DNA from: Bdellovibrionales bacterium
GTDB lineage: Bacteria > Bdellovibrionota > Bdellovibrionia > Bdellovibrionales > JAGQZY01
Direction: 5' to 3'
NCBI GenBank assembly: GCA_964230645.1
Contig: CAXRHT010000002.1
Coordinates: forward strand, 64,001-128,000
Length of the DNA stretch: 64,000 nt
Of the stretch, positions 30,147 through 39,687 are shown piece by piece. How positions within the stretch are numbered: position 1 is the first letter of the stretch; the number at the start of each line of letters is the position of its first letter. Below the pieces are notes generated by a model, which was not told the origin of the DNA, ran no database searches, and was given only the letters and a program-made list of their open reading frames with translations. The position numbers were made by a program, and so were the translations under genes.

Positions 30147-31010
30147 ATGGCCAAAAAGAAAAAAGCGAAGAAAAAGGCGACCAAAAAAAAGGCGACCAAG
30201 AAGAAGGCCTCCAAAGCCACCAAGAAAAAAGCCACGAAAAAGGTGACTAAGAAAAAGGCCACAAAAAAGAAAGCGGCCAAGAAAAAGGTGACCAAAAAGA
30301 AAAAGAAAAAAGTCGCCAAAAAAGCCTCTAAAAAGACGGTCAAAAAGGCGACCAAGAAGAAGGCCAAGAAAAAAGCCACGACTAAAAAGGCAGCTAAAAA
30401 GAAAACGGCGAAAAAGGCTTCCAATAATAAAAAGAAGGCTTCTAAAAAGGTGACGAAAAAAGCGGCAGAAAAACCCGCTCCGGAAAAGCCGGAAGTGAAA
30501 GAAGAGCCTAAGAATACATCAAAAGTTGCCAAGAGCACCAAAGCGAAAGCATCGGAGGATGGTTCGACAAAAAAGAAGAAAAAGAAGAAATCGGCTAAAA
30601 CCCCCGCTGCTCAAACCATTAAGATTGAAAAAGATATCGTGCTAACAGATGCCGAGGGGCGAATTCTTTGTCGAGTGCGCGATTGTGACCAGCCAGCGGT
30701 GGTGGAGAGCTATTGCCGGTATCATTATCTTCTTTATTGGAAGAAGATTCAGATCCGTAAGAAGATTCTTTCTGAAGGCAAGCTTGAGAAGTATATAGAG
30801 GAGTTAACCTCTCGTTATCCCAACAAATATCTCGATCTCATCAAAAGAGATTTGAGCACGGAATCTGACTTCCTCCATGCCATCCAGGAACTTGAAATTG
30901 ATGAGTCCTCTGGAGAGGATGACAACCGTGACTATGATGAAGAGCGTAGTTTTATAGAAGAGGTTCGAGGTGTCAGTGATTCCTCCGACCGAGATGAGAA
31001 CGAATATTAA
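30147..31010 (+). CDS. histone H1-like Lys/Ala-rich protein with C-terminal Cys3His module and acidic tail
   Basis: About 105 aa of KKA(T/A/S)KK repeats; CRVRDC..YCRYH; D/E-rich C-terminus. Confidence 0.8.
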   Translation: MAKKKKAKKKATKKKATKKKASKATKKKATKKVTKKKATKKKAAKKKVTKKKKKKVAKKASKKTVKKATKKKAKKKATTKKAAKKKTAKKASNNKKKASKKVTKKAAEKPAPEKPEVKEEPKNTSKVAKSTKAKASEDGSTKKKKKKKSAKTPAAQTIKIEKDIVLTDAEGRILCRVRDCDQPAVVESYCRYHYLLYWKKIQIRKKILSEGKLEKYIEELTSRYPNKYLDLIKRDLSTESDFLHAIQELEIDESSGEDDNRDYDEERSFIEEVRGVSDSSDRDENEY

Positions 31011-31036
31011 ACTTTTTATCAAATTATAATGTTCTA

Positions 31037-31072
31037 AAAAGAGGCCAATATTGAAATTGCGCCTCTTTTTTT
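31037..31072 (+). terminator. intrinsic terminator
   Basis: AAAAGAGGC...GCCTCTTTTTTT hairpin with U-tract. Confidence 0.7.
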
Positions 31073-31186
31073 ATCTAAATTCCTCTTAGTTTCGATTTGA
31101 GGGGCTGCCTAAATGTGTCATTTGCATTTTCTATAAAATATTTTCGAGAGGCCATTAAAATAAGAGTCAATCAAGGATGGATTGAA

Positions 31187-32131
31187 ATGACCAAGGATGC
31201 TTTTCGTAATTTTCGCAAAAATTTTGTTCCAAGCTTTCCTAAAAATTGGCTTGTTGAAAGACCGGAGGACGGGAAAATCTTGCAGCTGGTTCCCGACGCG
31301 GTTGTCGGCTGCAATTCCACTGGGATGATCATTCATTGGGACGATAGGGCTGAGAAGATTTTTGGGTGGAAAGCCTCTGAAGTTCAGGGGCGCTCGATTG
31401 CTGAAATTTTGATACCCCTAGAGTTTCGAGCCCTCCACACCAATGGAATGAAGCGGATGGTGGAAACAGGGGAATCCCGAGTGATTGATCAGTTTTTAGA
31501 TCTCACCGCCTTAACAAAGGAGGGCGCTCGTCTTCCCATTGAGATGATGATTAAGCAGACTCGAAGTGCGGGTGAGATTTTCTTTTTTTCTTTCATTCGT
31601 GAAAGCACTCAGAAAAGTAATTTGAAAAAGAAACTCAAAGGTTCCGAGTTAACGAGCCAAGTTTTACGCTTGGCTTTGGAATTCTCAAGAGGACAAATAG
31701 AGCTGGAGGTCTTTTTAAAATCTCTACTCGGAACATTAGGGGCTCACTTTGGAGCCAGTCTTTCTTTTGCCTTTGAAATGGAAGAGGATTTTTTTAATTT
31801 GTTGCCGGCGGTTTATAATCAGACGGGCCTTGATAAAGAAGACCTCATTCGCCCTATTATTGAGGAGATTAAACTTTTACCTCAAAAAAAGTTGCTAATA
31901 GATCGACATGAGATTCAATGGAGTCAAAGCCTGCAAGAAGATAGAGAAAGCCCATTCTATGACTTTGCTAAAAACTTTGGATTTCATGGTTGGGTTAACC
32001 TTCCCATTCACCGCAACGGCAATAAACTTTATTGTCTGAGTTTCTTTAACCCCGAGATGAAAAGCATTCATCCCATGGAGTTGAAAGTTATCTCTGAGAT
32101 ACAGAATGATTTGGAAGTGGTCATCAAGTAG
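31187..32131 (+). CDS. PAS plus GAF-like sensory protein with no output domain
   Basis: PDAVVGC..G.IIHWD..AEKIFGW..EVQG..ILIP PAS motif; C-terminal GAF-like region (NLPIHRNGNKLYCLSF). Confidence 0.75.
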   Translation: MTKDAFRNFRKNFVPSFPKNWLVERPEDGKILQLVPDAVVGCNSTGMIIHWDDRAEKIFGWKASEVQGRSIAEILIPLEFRALHTNGMKRMVETGESRVIDQFLDLTALTKEGARLPIEMMIKQTRSAGEIFFFSFIRESTQKSNLKKKLKGSELTSQVLRLALEFSRGQIELEVFLKSLLGTLGAHFGASLSFAFEMEEDFFNLLPAVYNQTGLDKEDLIRPIIEEIKLLPQKKLLIDRHEIQWSQSLQEDRESPFYDFAKNFGFHGWVNLPIHRNGNKLYCLSFFNPEMKSIHPMELKVISEIQNDLEVVIK

Positions 32132-32213
32132 TCATCACTAATCGAGTGCCCAAAGAAAATTCTATTAATTTTTTTACTAAACACAAAGCCATCGGGTCTG
32201 TAGACTGTAATCA

Positions 32214-34487
32214 ATGAAGTTCTTATTCGGAAGTGAAAGCGAGCCTACCAATCCCCAAGGGCGTTTTGGACTCTTTGAAGGAGTTTTTACCCCCTGTGTT
32301 CTCACCATTCTTGGTGTGATCATGTTTATGAGGACCGGTTTTGTGGTGGGGCACTCTGGCCTTTGGTTGGGGCTTTTAATCCTTTGTCTTTCAAAAATCA
32401 TCACCACGTTAACGGCTCTGAGTCTTTCGGCGATCTCCACCAACACGGAGGTTCGGGGTGGTGGTGTTTACTATATGATCTCCCGCGCTCTGGGACCTGA
32501 CTTTGGTGGCACGATTGGAATTACGTTGTTTATCGCCCAAGCCGTAGGTGTGTCTTTTTATGTGATTGGATTTACCGAGGCACTGGTTGGAACCATGGCT
32601 CCTTTTTTGGGTTTCCTTGAAACTCCGGTGATGACCGCCTCTGAGTCCCTCTATCAAATGAAAGTGCCCCAGACAATTTCAAGTCTTGTCATTGCAGGGC
32701 TTTTTTATCTGACTTTTAAAGGGGCTGATGTGGCCTTAAAAGTTCAAAACTATGTTTTGGTGATCCTACTTTTATCCATCGTTAGTTTTCTTGTGGGTGG
32801 GGTGATCCATTTTGACTCGGAAGTTTATCAAGCGAGCCAAGCGGCTAGTTATACCGATGGAGTGAGTTTTTGGGTGGCTTTTGCCATATTTTTCCCGGCC
32901 ACAACGGGAATCACTGCGGGTGCTAATATGTCCGGGGATTTAAAAAATCCTGAAAAGTCCATCCCCTGGGGCACTCTTTTGGCCATTATTTTTACTTTTT
33001 TGATTTATATCCTACAAATGATCTTGGTTTCTGGAAGCACAATTAGGGAGAGCTTAAAGGCTGAACCCTTTGAAGCTTTACAGAGTATTAGTATTTTTGC
33101 TCCTCTTATTATCCTCGGTGTTTTTGCGGCGACTCTTAGTTCAGCTCTTGGAAGTTTTCTCGGCGCGCCCAGGATTTTACAAGCCATGGGTAGAGACGGT
33201 TTGATGCGTCCACTGACATATTTTGCTAAGGGCGAGGGCGCCTCGGATGAGCCGCAAAGAGCGACCGTTTTAACTTTCCTTATAGCCATAGCTGTTATTT
33301 GGGCAGGAGACTTAAACGCTGTGGCCGAAGTTATATCCATGTTTTTTCTTATTGCTTATGGAACGATCAATCTTTCCGCTTTTGTTGAAAGTAAAGGGGG
33401 GAATCCTAGCTTTCGTCCTCAGTTTCGACTGTTTCACTGGTCCACGGCGCTTGCTGGAGCTATCGGTTGCACTATAGCCATGATGAAAATTAATGATACT
33501 TATGCGCTGGTGGCTCTTGGGGTTTCGGCGATCATTTATATTTATCTTAAGAAAAAAGACATTGAAACCAGTCATGGGGATGCCAAAAGAGGCTATATTT
33601 TTAGGGGAGTCCGTAACGGTTTGAAACTTTTGGAGGGAACCAGGGCTCACTCAAAAAACTGGCGGCCTGTTTTAGTTTCTGTTCATGATGATTTAGATAA
33701 GAACAAAGCCATGATACAAGCCGGATCTTGGATTGAAAGTGCTAGAGGTCTATACACAGTCCTTGGTGTTCACGAAGAAAAGGGCTTAGACTTTGAGAAA
33801 CAATACAAGCTCTCTAATGAGCGTAAAGACAGTATTCAAAAGTTTTTAAAAAAAGAAAGGATCCAGGCTTTCACAGAAAGTTTGGTGACAAAAGATTACC
33901 ACCAAGGCCTTTTTGATTATTTGCAGACTCACTCGATCGGAGCTCTAAAGGCGAACTCCCTTATGATTGAAGTTCCGAGGGAAGAGGAGCGCTTTGCCCG
34001 TTTTTTTAAAACTCTGGAAATGGTTGGAACTTTTAATCTGAACCTAGTCGTCTACAGGAGTGGAAACTTTGATCTCTCCAAAAAGAAAAAAGTCATCGAC
34101 CTTTGGTGGCGTGATGAGAGTAATGGTTCACTCATGGCTCTTTTTTCTTACCTAATGACCCTGGGAGACACCTGGGGCGGGGCCTCCATTCGGTTTTTGC
34201 GAGCGGTGCCTCAGGGGACTAGCCACCTCAAGGTGGAAAAAGAAATGCTTGAAATAAAAAGACAGTCGAGAATTGACGCAGAGGTTAAGATATTAACCTA
34301 CGACAAGTTTCCCACTGAGGCTTTAAAAGAAGAGTCCGAGGCCACGGCCGATTTCGTTTTTATTGGTATGGGGGCCACTGATGGTGAGCAGGCGAAGCAT
34401 TCTATCAAAAGCCTTTTACCGGTCTTAGAGGGGTTGCCACAGACGGCTCTTGTTTGGTCTAACGGCGAAGCCGATCTTTTCGTTTAA
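32214..34487 (+). CDS. SLC12 cation-chloride cotransporter-like APC permease
   Basis: [67 protein letters not shown]. Confidence 0.9.
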   Translation: MKFLFGSESEPTNPQGRFGLFEGVFTPCVLTILGVIMFMRTGFVVGHSGLWLGLLILCLSKIITTLTALSLSAISTNTEVRGGGVYYMISRALGPDFGGTIGITLFIAQAVGVSFYVIGFTEALVGTMAPFLGFLETPVMTASESLYQMKVPQTISSLVIAGLFYLTFKGADVALKVQNYVLVILLLSIVSFLVGGVIHFDSEVYQASQAASYTDGVSFWVAFAIFFPATTGITAGANMSGDLKNPEKSIPWGTLLAIIFTFLIYILQMILVSGSTIRESLKAEPFEALQSISIFAPLIILGVFAATLSSALGSFLGAPRILQAMGRDGLMRPLTYFAKGEGASDEPQRATVLTFLIAIAVIWAGDLNAVAEVISMFFLIAYGTINLSAFVESKGGNPSFRPQFRLFHWSTALAGAIGCTIAMMKINDTYALVALGVSAIIYIYLKKKDIETSHGDAKRGYIFRGVRNGLKLLEGTRAHSKNWRPVLVSVHDDLDKNKAMIQAGSWIESARGLYTVLGVHEEKGLDFEKQYKLSNERKDSIQKFLKKERIQAFTESLVTKDYHQGLFDYLQTHSIGALKANSLMIEVPREEERFARFFKTLEMVGTFNLNLVVYRSGNFDLSKKKKVIDLWWRDESNGSLMALFSYLMTLGDTWGGASIRFLRAVPQGTSHLKVEKEMLEIKRQSRIDAEVKILTYDKFPTEALKEESEATADFVFIGMGATDGEQAKHSIKSLLPVLEGLPQTALVWSNGEADLFV

Positions 34488-34526
34488 ACGCTTAGTGACT
34501 TTGCATGTTAATTTCTACACAAATCC

Positions 34527-35414
34527 ATGGGTGACAATCCGTTCAAGCTTTTTTATGTATTTAAGGCAGTGGGGCAGATAAGACTAATCCTATTCATCTT
34601 AGTTTTACTTACAGGGTTTCTGTTTGATGGCAAGGCGCAAGCTCAAAGCTTACCTGTGTCGTGCAAACAGCAGCAAATCAATCGATTACACTTTGGTAAA
34701 AATCTCTATGTCCGGGTGATCAAATACGGTTTTCACGATTTTAAGAAACTCAATAAGGTGGCTGTTATTGTTCCACCAACGGGTGGAACCAATTTGATTG
34801 ATCGTCAGTACGCTTATTATTTTTGCAGACAAGGGTTGCCCGCAATCATCATGGATGAGTGGACCGGATCAAACACGAAGTTTGATCCTTTTGATCTCAA
34901 CTCCCATCAAAAAGAATTGGACTGGGGGAAGAAAGCTTTTCTAACCCTGACCCGCTACCTTAATCCCGCAAAAGTTTCAGTTCTATCCACAAGTAAAGGC
35001 GGCATTGGTACCTCATGTTTCTTAAATGAGTTTCCAAGGAACATTCGCTCACTTGTGACCGTGGTGGCTGGTGCCCCACTCCACCTCACAATTTCTCGCT
35101 CCAACCAAGAAGATTTAAGAAAGCTTCGAGATCTTCGGATGAGAAGGTGGCAATTGGGCTCCGTCGAGGATTACGACCGAATGATTTATGATTCCCTAAA
35201 GGTTAAAACTTCAAATCGTAATCCCAGGGTGCGGCTTGCTATGATTATTGCTGAAAAAGATTTTTCAGTGCCCAGTTCTTTGCAACATTATCTCGCCAAT
35301 CTTTGGCGGCCGGAAAAAATCTGGCGTTTAGAGAATAATCATTTTCTAACAATTGTTTTTAGTTTTGGTCGCTTGAGGGACCGCATTCATGATTTTATGG
35401 AAGAGTCTTTTTAG
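34527..35414 (+). CDS. alpha/beta-hydrolase-fold exported protein
   Basis: VPPTGG, nucleophile-elbow variant STSKGG, KDFSVP and NNH; start uncertain. Confidence 0.65.
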   Translation: MGDNPFKLFYVFKAVGQIRLILFILVLLTGFLFDGKAQAQSLPVSCKQQQINRLHFGKNLYVRVIKYGFHDFKKLNKVAVIVPPTGGTNLIDRQYAYYFCRQGLPAIIMDEWTGSNTKFDPFDLNSHQKELDWGKKAFLTLTRYLNPAKVSVLSTSKGGIGTSCFLNEFPRNIRSLVTVVAGAPLHLTISRSNQEDLRKLRDLRMRRWQLGSVEDYDRMIYDSLKVKTSNRNPRVRLAMIIAEKDFSVPSSLQHYLANLWRPEKIWRLENNHFLTIVFSFGRLRDRIHDFMEESF

Positions 35415-35532
35415 CAGGCCTTGACCTTTGTGTGGAAATCTTCACCTATTAAACATAGATCTTTAACCATCTTCGTTTGAAAAGTTTGGCACACTACAGG
35501 TGCATCAAAGAAGTTTTCAAGGAGGATGAACA

Positions 35533-35691
35533 ATGAAAATTAAGTTTAGAGGAAAAACAAATTATAAAAAAATGAATGAGTCCAAGGGGAGTGAAAAATA
35601 TGAGCGCCCTGAAGAGCACATAAGTATGAGTACTAAAAGAGTGCCTACTAAGAAGAAGATCCAGCCTGTATTTGGGGACACCTCCCAGTAA
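35533..35691 (+). CDS. 52-aa basic small protein (absent from the ORF track)
   Basis: AAGGAGG RBS 7 nt before ATG; MKIKFRGKTNYKKMNESKGSEKYERPEEHISMSTKRVPTKKKIQPVFGDTSQ. Confidence 0.55.
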   Translation: MKIKFRGKTNYKKMNESKGSEKYERPEEHISMSTKRVPTKKKIQPVFGDTSQ

Positions 35692-35708
35692 TCCTGCCTC
35701 CCGTCGTT

Positions 35709-36239
35709 TTAATGAAGAGTCGATTTGTCATTGTCGCTTTTGGTTAAATCCTCTTCCTCACTCGGTTTCGACTCACCATAGACCAATTTCTTTTCGTAGT
35801 TCTCAAGCCACTTATCGGCCTCTTGCTCAAGATGAGTGTTTTGAGTGGAGTAGCGAAAGTAGTACATCCTTTTTTCAAAAGGCATGGTTTGCCATTCTTT
35901 AGGCATGTCACTGTCCTCAAGGTCGTCTTCAAGGAGTTCTGTCCAGAGGTGCTCGACCACGTCCATTGATTTTTGGATCAACTCCAGGGCTTTTTCTTTT
36001 TCACTGTCGAATTCAAAGGAAACCACGAAGTTGGGTTGCTTCAGTTGACCCTCGATACGAAGGCCATAAAGTCCGAGGATTTCTTTTTCGTAAATACGGC
36101 CTTCGACCACGAATTGGCTATTCTCTAGGTCGTATTCGCCGGCAAAGCGCTCATTAAGAGCTGAAACGGCCATTTGGCAGAGTTCTTCTGGAAAAGGGCT
36201 CCATTTTGTGGAAGTTTTCAGGCGTGGTTCTAGTGTCAT
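35709..36239 (-). CDS. acidic hypothetical protein
   Basis: 176-aa ORF with an upstream purine-rich RBS-like sequence; divergent from miaB. Confidence 0.75.
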   Translation of the reverse strand: MTLEPRLKTSTKWSPFPEELCQMAVSALNERFAGEYDLENSQFVVEGRIYEKEILGLYGLRIEGQLKQPNFVVSFEFDSEKEKALELIQKSMDVVEHLWTELLEDDLEDSDMPKEWQTMPFEKRMYYFRYSTQNTHLEQEADKWLENYEKKLVYGESKPSEEEDLTKSDNDKSTLH

Positions 36240-36374
36240 TTTCTCTTATGTCCTTTGTTGACTCCGTAAAAAACGGTGTTATAACCTAGCAAATTAAACG
36301 CTGCAAGTCATAAGATTTTCCCCTGAGTTTCCAAAGACTTAAAGAAAAAGGGAAGCCAGTTGAAGAGGAGCCTC

Positions 36375-37694
36375 ATGGATAAGGGTGTATTTATCACCAC
36401 ATACGGCTGTCAGATGAATGTTAACGACACCGAACGAATGTACTCACTGCTTGAAATGGTGGGTTACCGTCCTGTGGAGACTCCGGATGAGTCCAATCTG
36501 ATTATTATCAATTCCTGCAGTGTGCGAGAAAAGCCTGTTCATAAAGTCCACTCCGAGGTGGGGCGCTATAAAAATCTAAAAGCGGCCAATCCTCAGTTAA
36601 AAATTGGTGTGGGTGGCTGTGTGGCTCAGCAAGAAAAAAAGAAGCTTTTAAAAGACATTCCTCTTCTGGATTTTGTTTTTGGAACGGACGCAATTGATGA
36701 GTTGCCAAGTCTTGTTTCAAAGCTTGAAAAAGACGAAGACAAAATCAATTCCACCAAGTTTCTCCACAACCAACCCTATCAGGTTGAGACCATGATTCGG
36801 AACCCTGGGGTTTCGACCTTTGTAAACATCACTAAGGGTTGTGATAATTTTTGTACCTTTTGTGTGGTTCCTTTTACCAGAGGCCGGGAGCGCTCAAGGA
36901 AACTATCAGAACTCGTGAATGATATCAATAACCTCACTAAGCGAGGCGTGAAAGAGGTGACTCTACTTGGCCAAAACGTCAACTCCTATAAGTCTGAGTG
37001 TGGAGCCGATTTCGCAGCCCTTTTGAAAGCCGTCGCCGTTGATACTGATATTCACCGCATCCGTTACACCACCTCACACCCCAAGGATTTTAACCAAGAG
37101 CTGGTTGAAATTTCAGAGCAGTACCGCGACAAGGTTTGTGATTATATTCATCTTCCCGTTCAGTGTGGCAATTCCGAGGTTCTTGAGCGCATGAATCGTG
37201 GCTATTCTAGAGAGGACTACCTTAAGAAAGTTAAGATGATTAAAGACACGATTCCTGGCGTTGCGTTCTCTACGGATATTATCGTAGGCTTTCCGGGGGA
37301 GACCGAGGAGCAATTTCAACAGACCTTAAGCCTTATTGAAGAGGTTCAATACGACGGTATTTATGCTTTCAAATACTCGCCAAGGCCCTTTACCAAAGCG
37401 GCCCGCTGGGAGGATCACCTCAGTGAAGAGGAAAAATCAGAAAGGCTGGAGCGTGTTTTTGCTCTGCAAAGACCCATTGCTTTGAAATTAGCCCAAGAGT
37501 GTATCGGTCAAACCTACGAAGTTTTGGTCGAGGAAATCGCTGAGGATGGTATGGCTTTTGGTCGCAACACTCAAAATAGAAAAGTGAAGTTTGAAGCCGG
37601 TGATGTAAAGCCCGGCGACTTTGCATATGTCATAGTGGACAAAGCTAGGCCCTCCCTACTCACGGGACGAAGGGTGGATTTACAAACTCATTAA
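36375..37694 (+). CDS. miaB: tRNA-2-methylthio-N6-dimethylallyladenosine synthase
   Basis: TYGCQMN, CSVRE, GCVAQ, radical-SAM CDNFCTFC, TRAM domain; RBS GAGGAG. Confidence 0.96.
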   Translation: MDKGVFITTYGCQMNVNDTERMYSLLEMVGYRPVETPDESNLIIINSCSVREKPVHKVHSEVGRYKNLKAANPQLKIGVGGCVAQQEKKKLLKDIPLLDFVFGTDAIDELPSLVSKLEKDEDKINSTKFLHNQPYQVETMIRNPGVSTFVNITKGCDNFCTFCVVPFTRGRERSRKLSELVNDINNLTKRGVKEVTLLGQNVNSYKSECGADFAALLKAVAVDTDIHRIRYTTSHPKDFNQELVEISEQYRDKVCDYIHLPVQCGNSEVLERMNRGYSREDYLKKVKMIKDTIPGVAFSTDIIVGFPGETEEQFQQTLSLIEEVQYDGIYAFKYSPRPFTKAARWEDHLSEEEKSERLERVFALQRPIALKLAQECIGQTYEVLVEEIAEDGMAFGRNTQNRKVKFEAGDVKPGDFAYVIVDKARPSLLTGRRVDLQTH

Positions 37695-37706
37695 AAGGAG
37701 AAAGTC

Positions 37707-38222
37707 ATGAGGCTTCGAGGAAAAAAACCGCAATTTAGTGAAAACTGTTTTGTTGCGCCCTCAGCCGACTTGATCGGAGATGTCCAAATCGGCAAGGACT
37801 CCTCGATTTGGTTTCAGTGTGTTTTAAGAGGGGACGTGATGCCCATCACTATTGGTGAGGCCACTAACATTCAAGACGGTACAGTGATTCATGGAACCTA
37901 TGAGAAGTTTGCCACGAAAGTGGGCAACTATGTCACCGTTGGGCATAAGGCCATGCTTCATGGTTGCACGATTGGCGATGAGGCCTTTGTAGGCATGAAT
38001 GCCACACTTCTTGATGGTGCGGTGATGGAGCCTCGCAGTTTTTTAGCCGCAGGGTCTTTACTCACCGAAGGGGCAAGGGCAGAGAGTGGTTTTTTGTATA
38101 TGGGCACACCGGCTAAAAAGATTCGCCCCTTGAATGAAGAAGAACTAAAATTTTTGCGCCAATCGGCAAATAATTATTTAATGTATAAAACTTGGTACGA
38201 TGAAGAGGAACGGAGGATGTGA
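37707..38222 (+). CDS. gamma carbonic anhydrase-family hexapeptide-repeat protein
   Basis: IGDVQIG, LRGD, NIQDGTVIH, VGHKAMLHGC. Confidence 0.92.
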   Translation: MRLRGKKPQFSENCFVAPSADLIGDVQIGKDSSIWFQCVLRGDVMPITIGEATNIQDGTVIHGTYEKFATKVGNYVTVGHKAMLHGCTIGDEAFVGMNATLLDGAVMEPRSFLAAGSLLTEGARAESGFLYMGTPAKKIRPLNEEELKFLRQSANNYLMYKTWYDEEERRM

Positions 38223-39679
38223 TGAATTTGAATGAAGAAGCTTTGACCTATGATGATATTTTACTGATTCCGCAGTACTCCGAAATTGTTCCAAGCGAAA
38301 TTTCCACAAGGTCTTTTTTCGCAAGAGATATTTACCTAAACACTCCCTTAATCACAGCGGCGATGGATACGGTCACTGAAAATCGCATGGCAAGGGTTCT
38401 GGCTCAGCTTGGCGGTCTAGGAATAATCCATAAAAACTTAAGCATTGAAAAGCAGGCCTTTGAAGTAGAAAAAGTGAAAAAGTATGAGAGTGGTATGATC
38501 ACTGATCCCATCACTTTGCGTCCTGACGCCACGGTGGAAGAGGCCATTAACCTTATGGCTCAGTACTCAATCAGTGGAGTACCTATAACTGAGGGAGTAA
38601 AACTTGTTGGGATACTCACTAATCGTGATCTTCGCTTTGAGACCAACCTCTCTCAACCTGTTTCAAACATTATGACCAAAGAAAAGTTGGTGACCACCAA
38701 AGAGGGCACAACTCTTGATGAAGCCAAAAGCATTTTACAAAAACATCGTATTGAAAAACTTTTGGTCGTTGACAATGAAGGCGCTCTTAAAGGTCTTATT
38801 ACGATTAAAGATATTGAAAAAGCCACCACCTATCCCAACTCTTCAAAAGACGATCAAGGGCGCTTACTTGTGGGAGCGGCCATCGGTATTGATGACACCT
38901 CAAAAGAAAGAGCCCAAGCCTTAATGGAAAAACACTGTGATGTACTTGTTGTTGACACCGCTCATGGCCACTCTAAAAATGTTTTAAAGCAAGTGGAGTG
39001 GGTCAGAAAAGAGTTTCCCGATGTGGTTTTAGTGGCCGGAAATGTGGTAACGGCTGAAGCTTGTGAGGCTCTTTATTCAAAAGGAGCTGATGTGGCAAAA
39101 GTGGGTGTGGGGCCTGGAAGTATTTGTACCACTCGTATTGTGGCCGGAGTGGGTATGCCTCAAGTCGCCGCCATTATGGAATGCTCTAAAGAAGCTAAAA
39201 AACAGGGCAAAACAATCATTGCTGATGGTGGGATCAAGTTCTCAGGAGATATGGCCAAAGCCTTAGCTCTGGGGGCCAACACTGTGATGGTTGGAAATTT
39301 ACTAGCCGGAGCCGAAGAAAGCCCTGGTGAGACGATTTTATATCAAGGTCGAACTTATAAGCTTTATCGCGGCATGGGCTCCCTTGGTGCTATGAGCAAA
39401 GGATCTAAAGATCGTTATTTCCAAGGTGATGTGCGTGAGAACGACAAACTGGTTCCTGAAGGAATTGAAGGTAAAGTTCCCTACCGTGGTTCGGCCTCAG
39501 GAATCGTGCACCAACTTCTTGGAGGTGTGCGAGCGGGAATGGGTTATGTGGGCGCTAAAGATATTGCTAACCTACAGGAGCGCGCTCGTTTTGCCCGTAT
39601 TAGTGGATCGGGACTCAAAGAATCTCATGTGCATGATGTGACTATTACTAAAGAAGCCCCTAACTATCGACTGGAGTAG
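38222..39679 (+). CDS. guaB: IMP dehydrogenase
   Basis: AAMDTVTE, CBS pair, VDTAHGHS, GPGSICTTR, YRGMGS. Confidence 0.98.
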   Translation: MNLNEEALTYDDILLIPQYSEIVPSEISTRSFFARDIYLNTPLITAAMDTVTENRMARVLAQLGGLGIIHKNLSIEKQAFEVEKVKKYESGMITDPITLRPDATVEEAINLMAQYSISGVPITEGVKLVGILTNRDLRFETNLSQPVSNIMTKEKLVTTKEGTTLDEAKSILQKHRIEKLLVVDNEGALKGLITIKDIEKATTYPNSSKDDQGRLLVGAAIGIDDTSKERAQALMEKHCDVLVVDTAHGHSKNVLKQVEWVRKEFPDVVLVAGNVVTAEACEALYSKGADVAKVGVGPGSICTTRIVAGVGMPQVAAIMECSKEAKKQGKTIIADGGIKFSGDMAKALALGANTVMVGNLLAGAEESPGETILYQGRTYKLYRGMGSLGAMSKGSKDRYFQGDVRENDKLVPEGIEGKVPYRGSASGIVHQLLGGVRAGMGYVGAKDIANLQERARFARISGSGLKESHVHDVTITKEAPNYRLE

Positions 39680-39687
39680 AAGTTAAA

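Noticed and set aside
29735..30541. 268-aa Phe/Leu-rich 'membrane protein' on the minus strand
   Set aside because: Antisense shadow of the Lys-rich histone-like gene.
35487..35504. TGGCAC...TGCA as a sigma-54 promoter
   Set aside because: Spacing is GG-N12-GC rather than the required GG-N10-GC.
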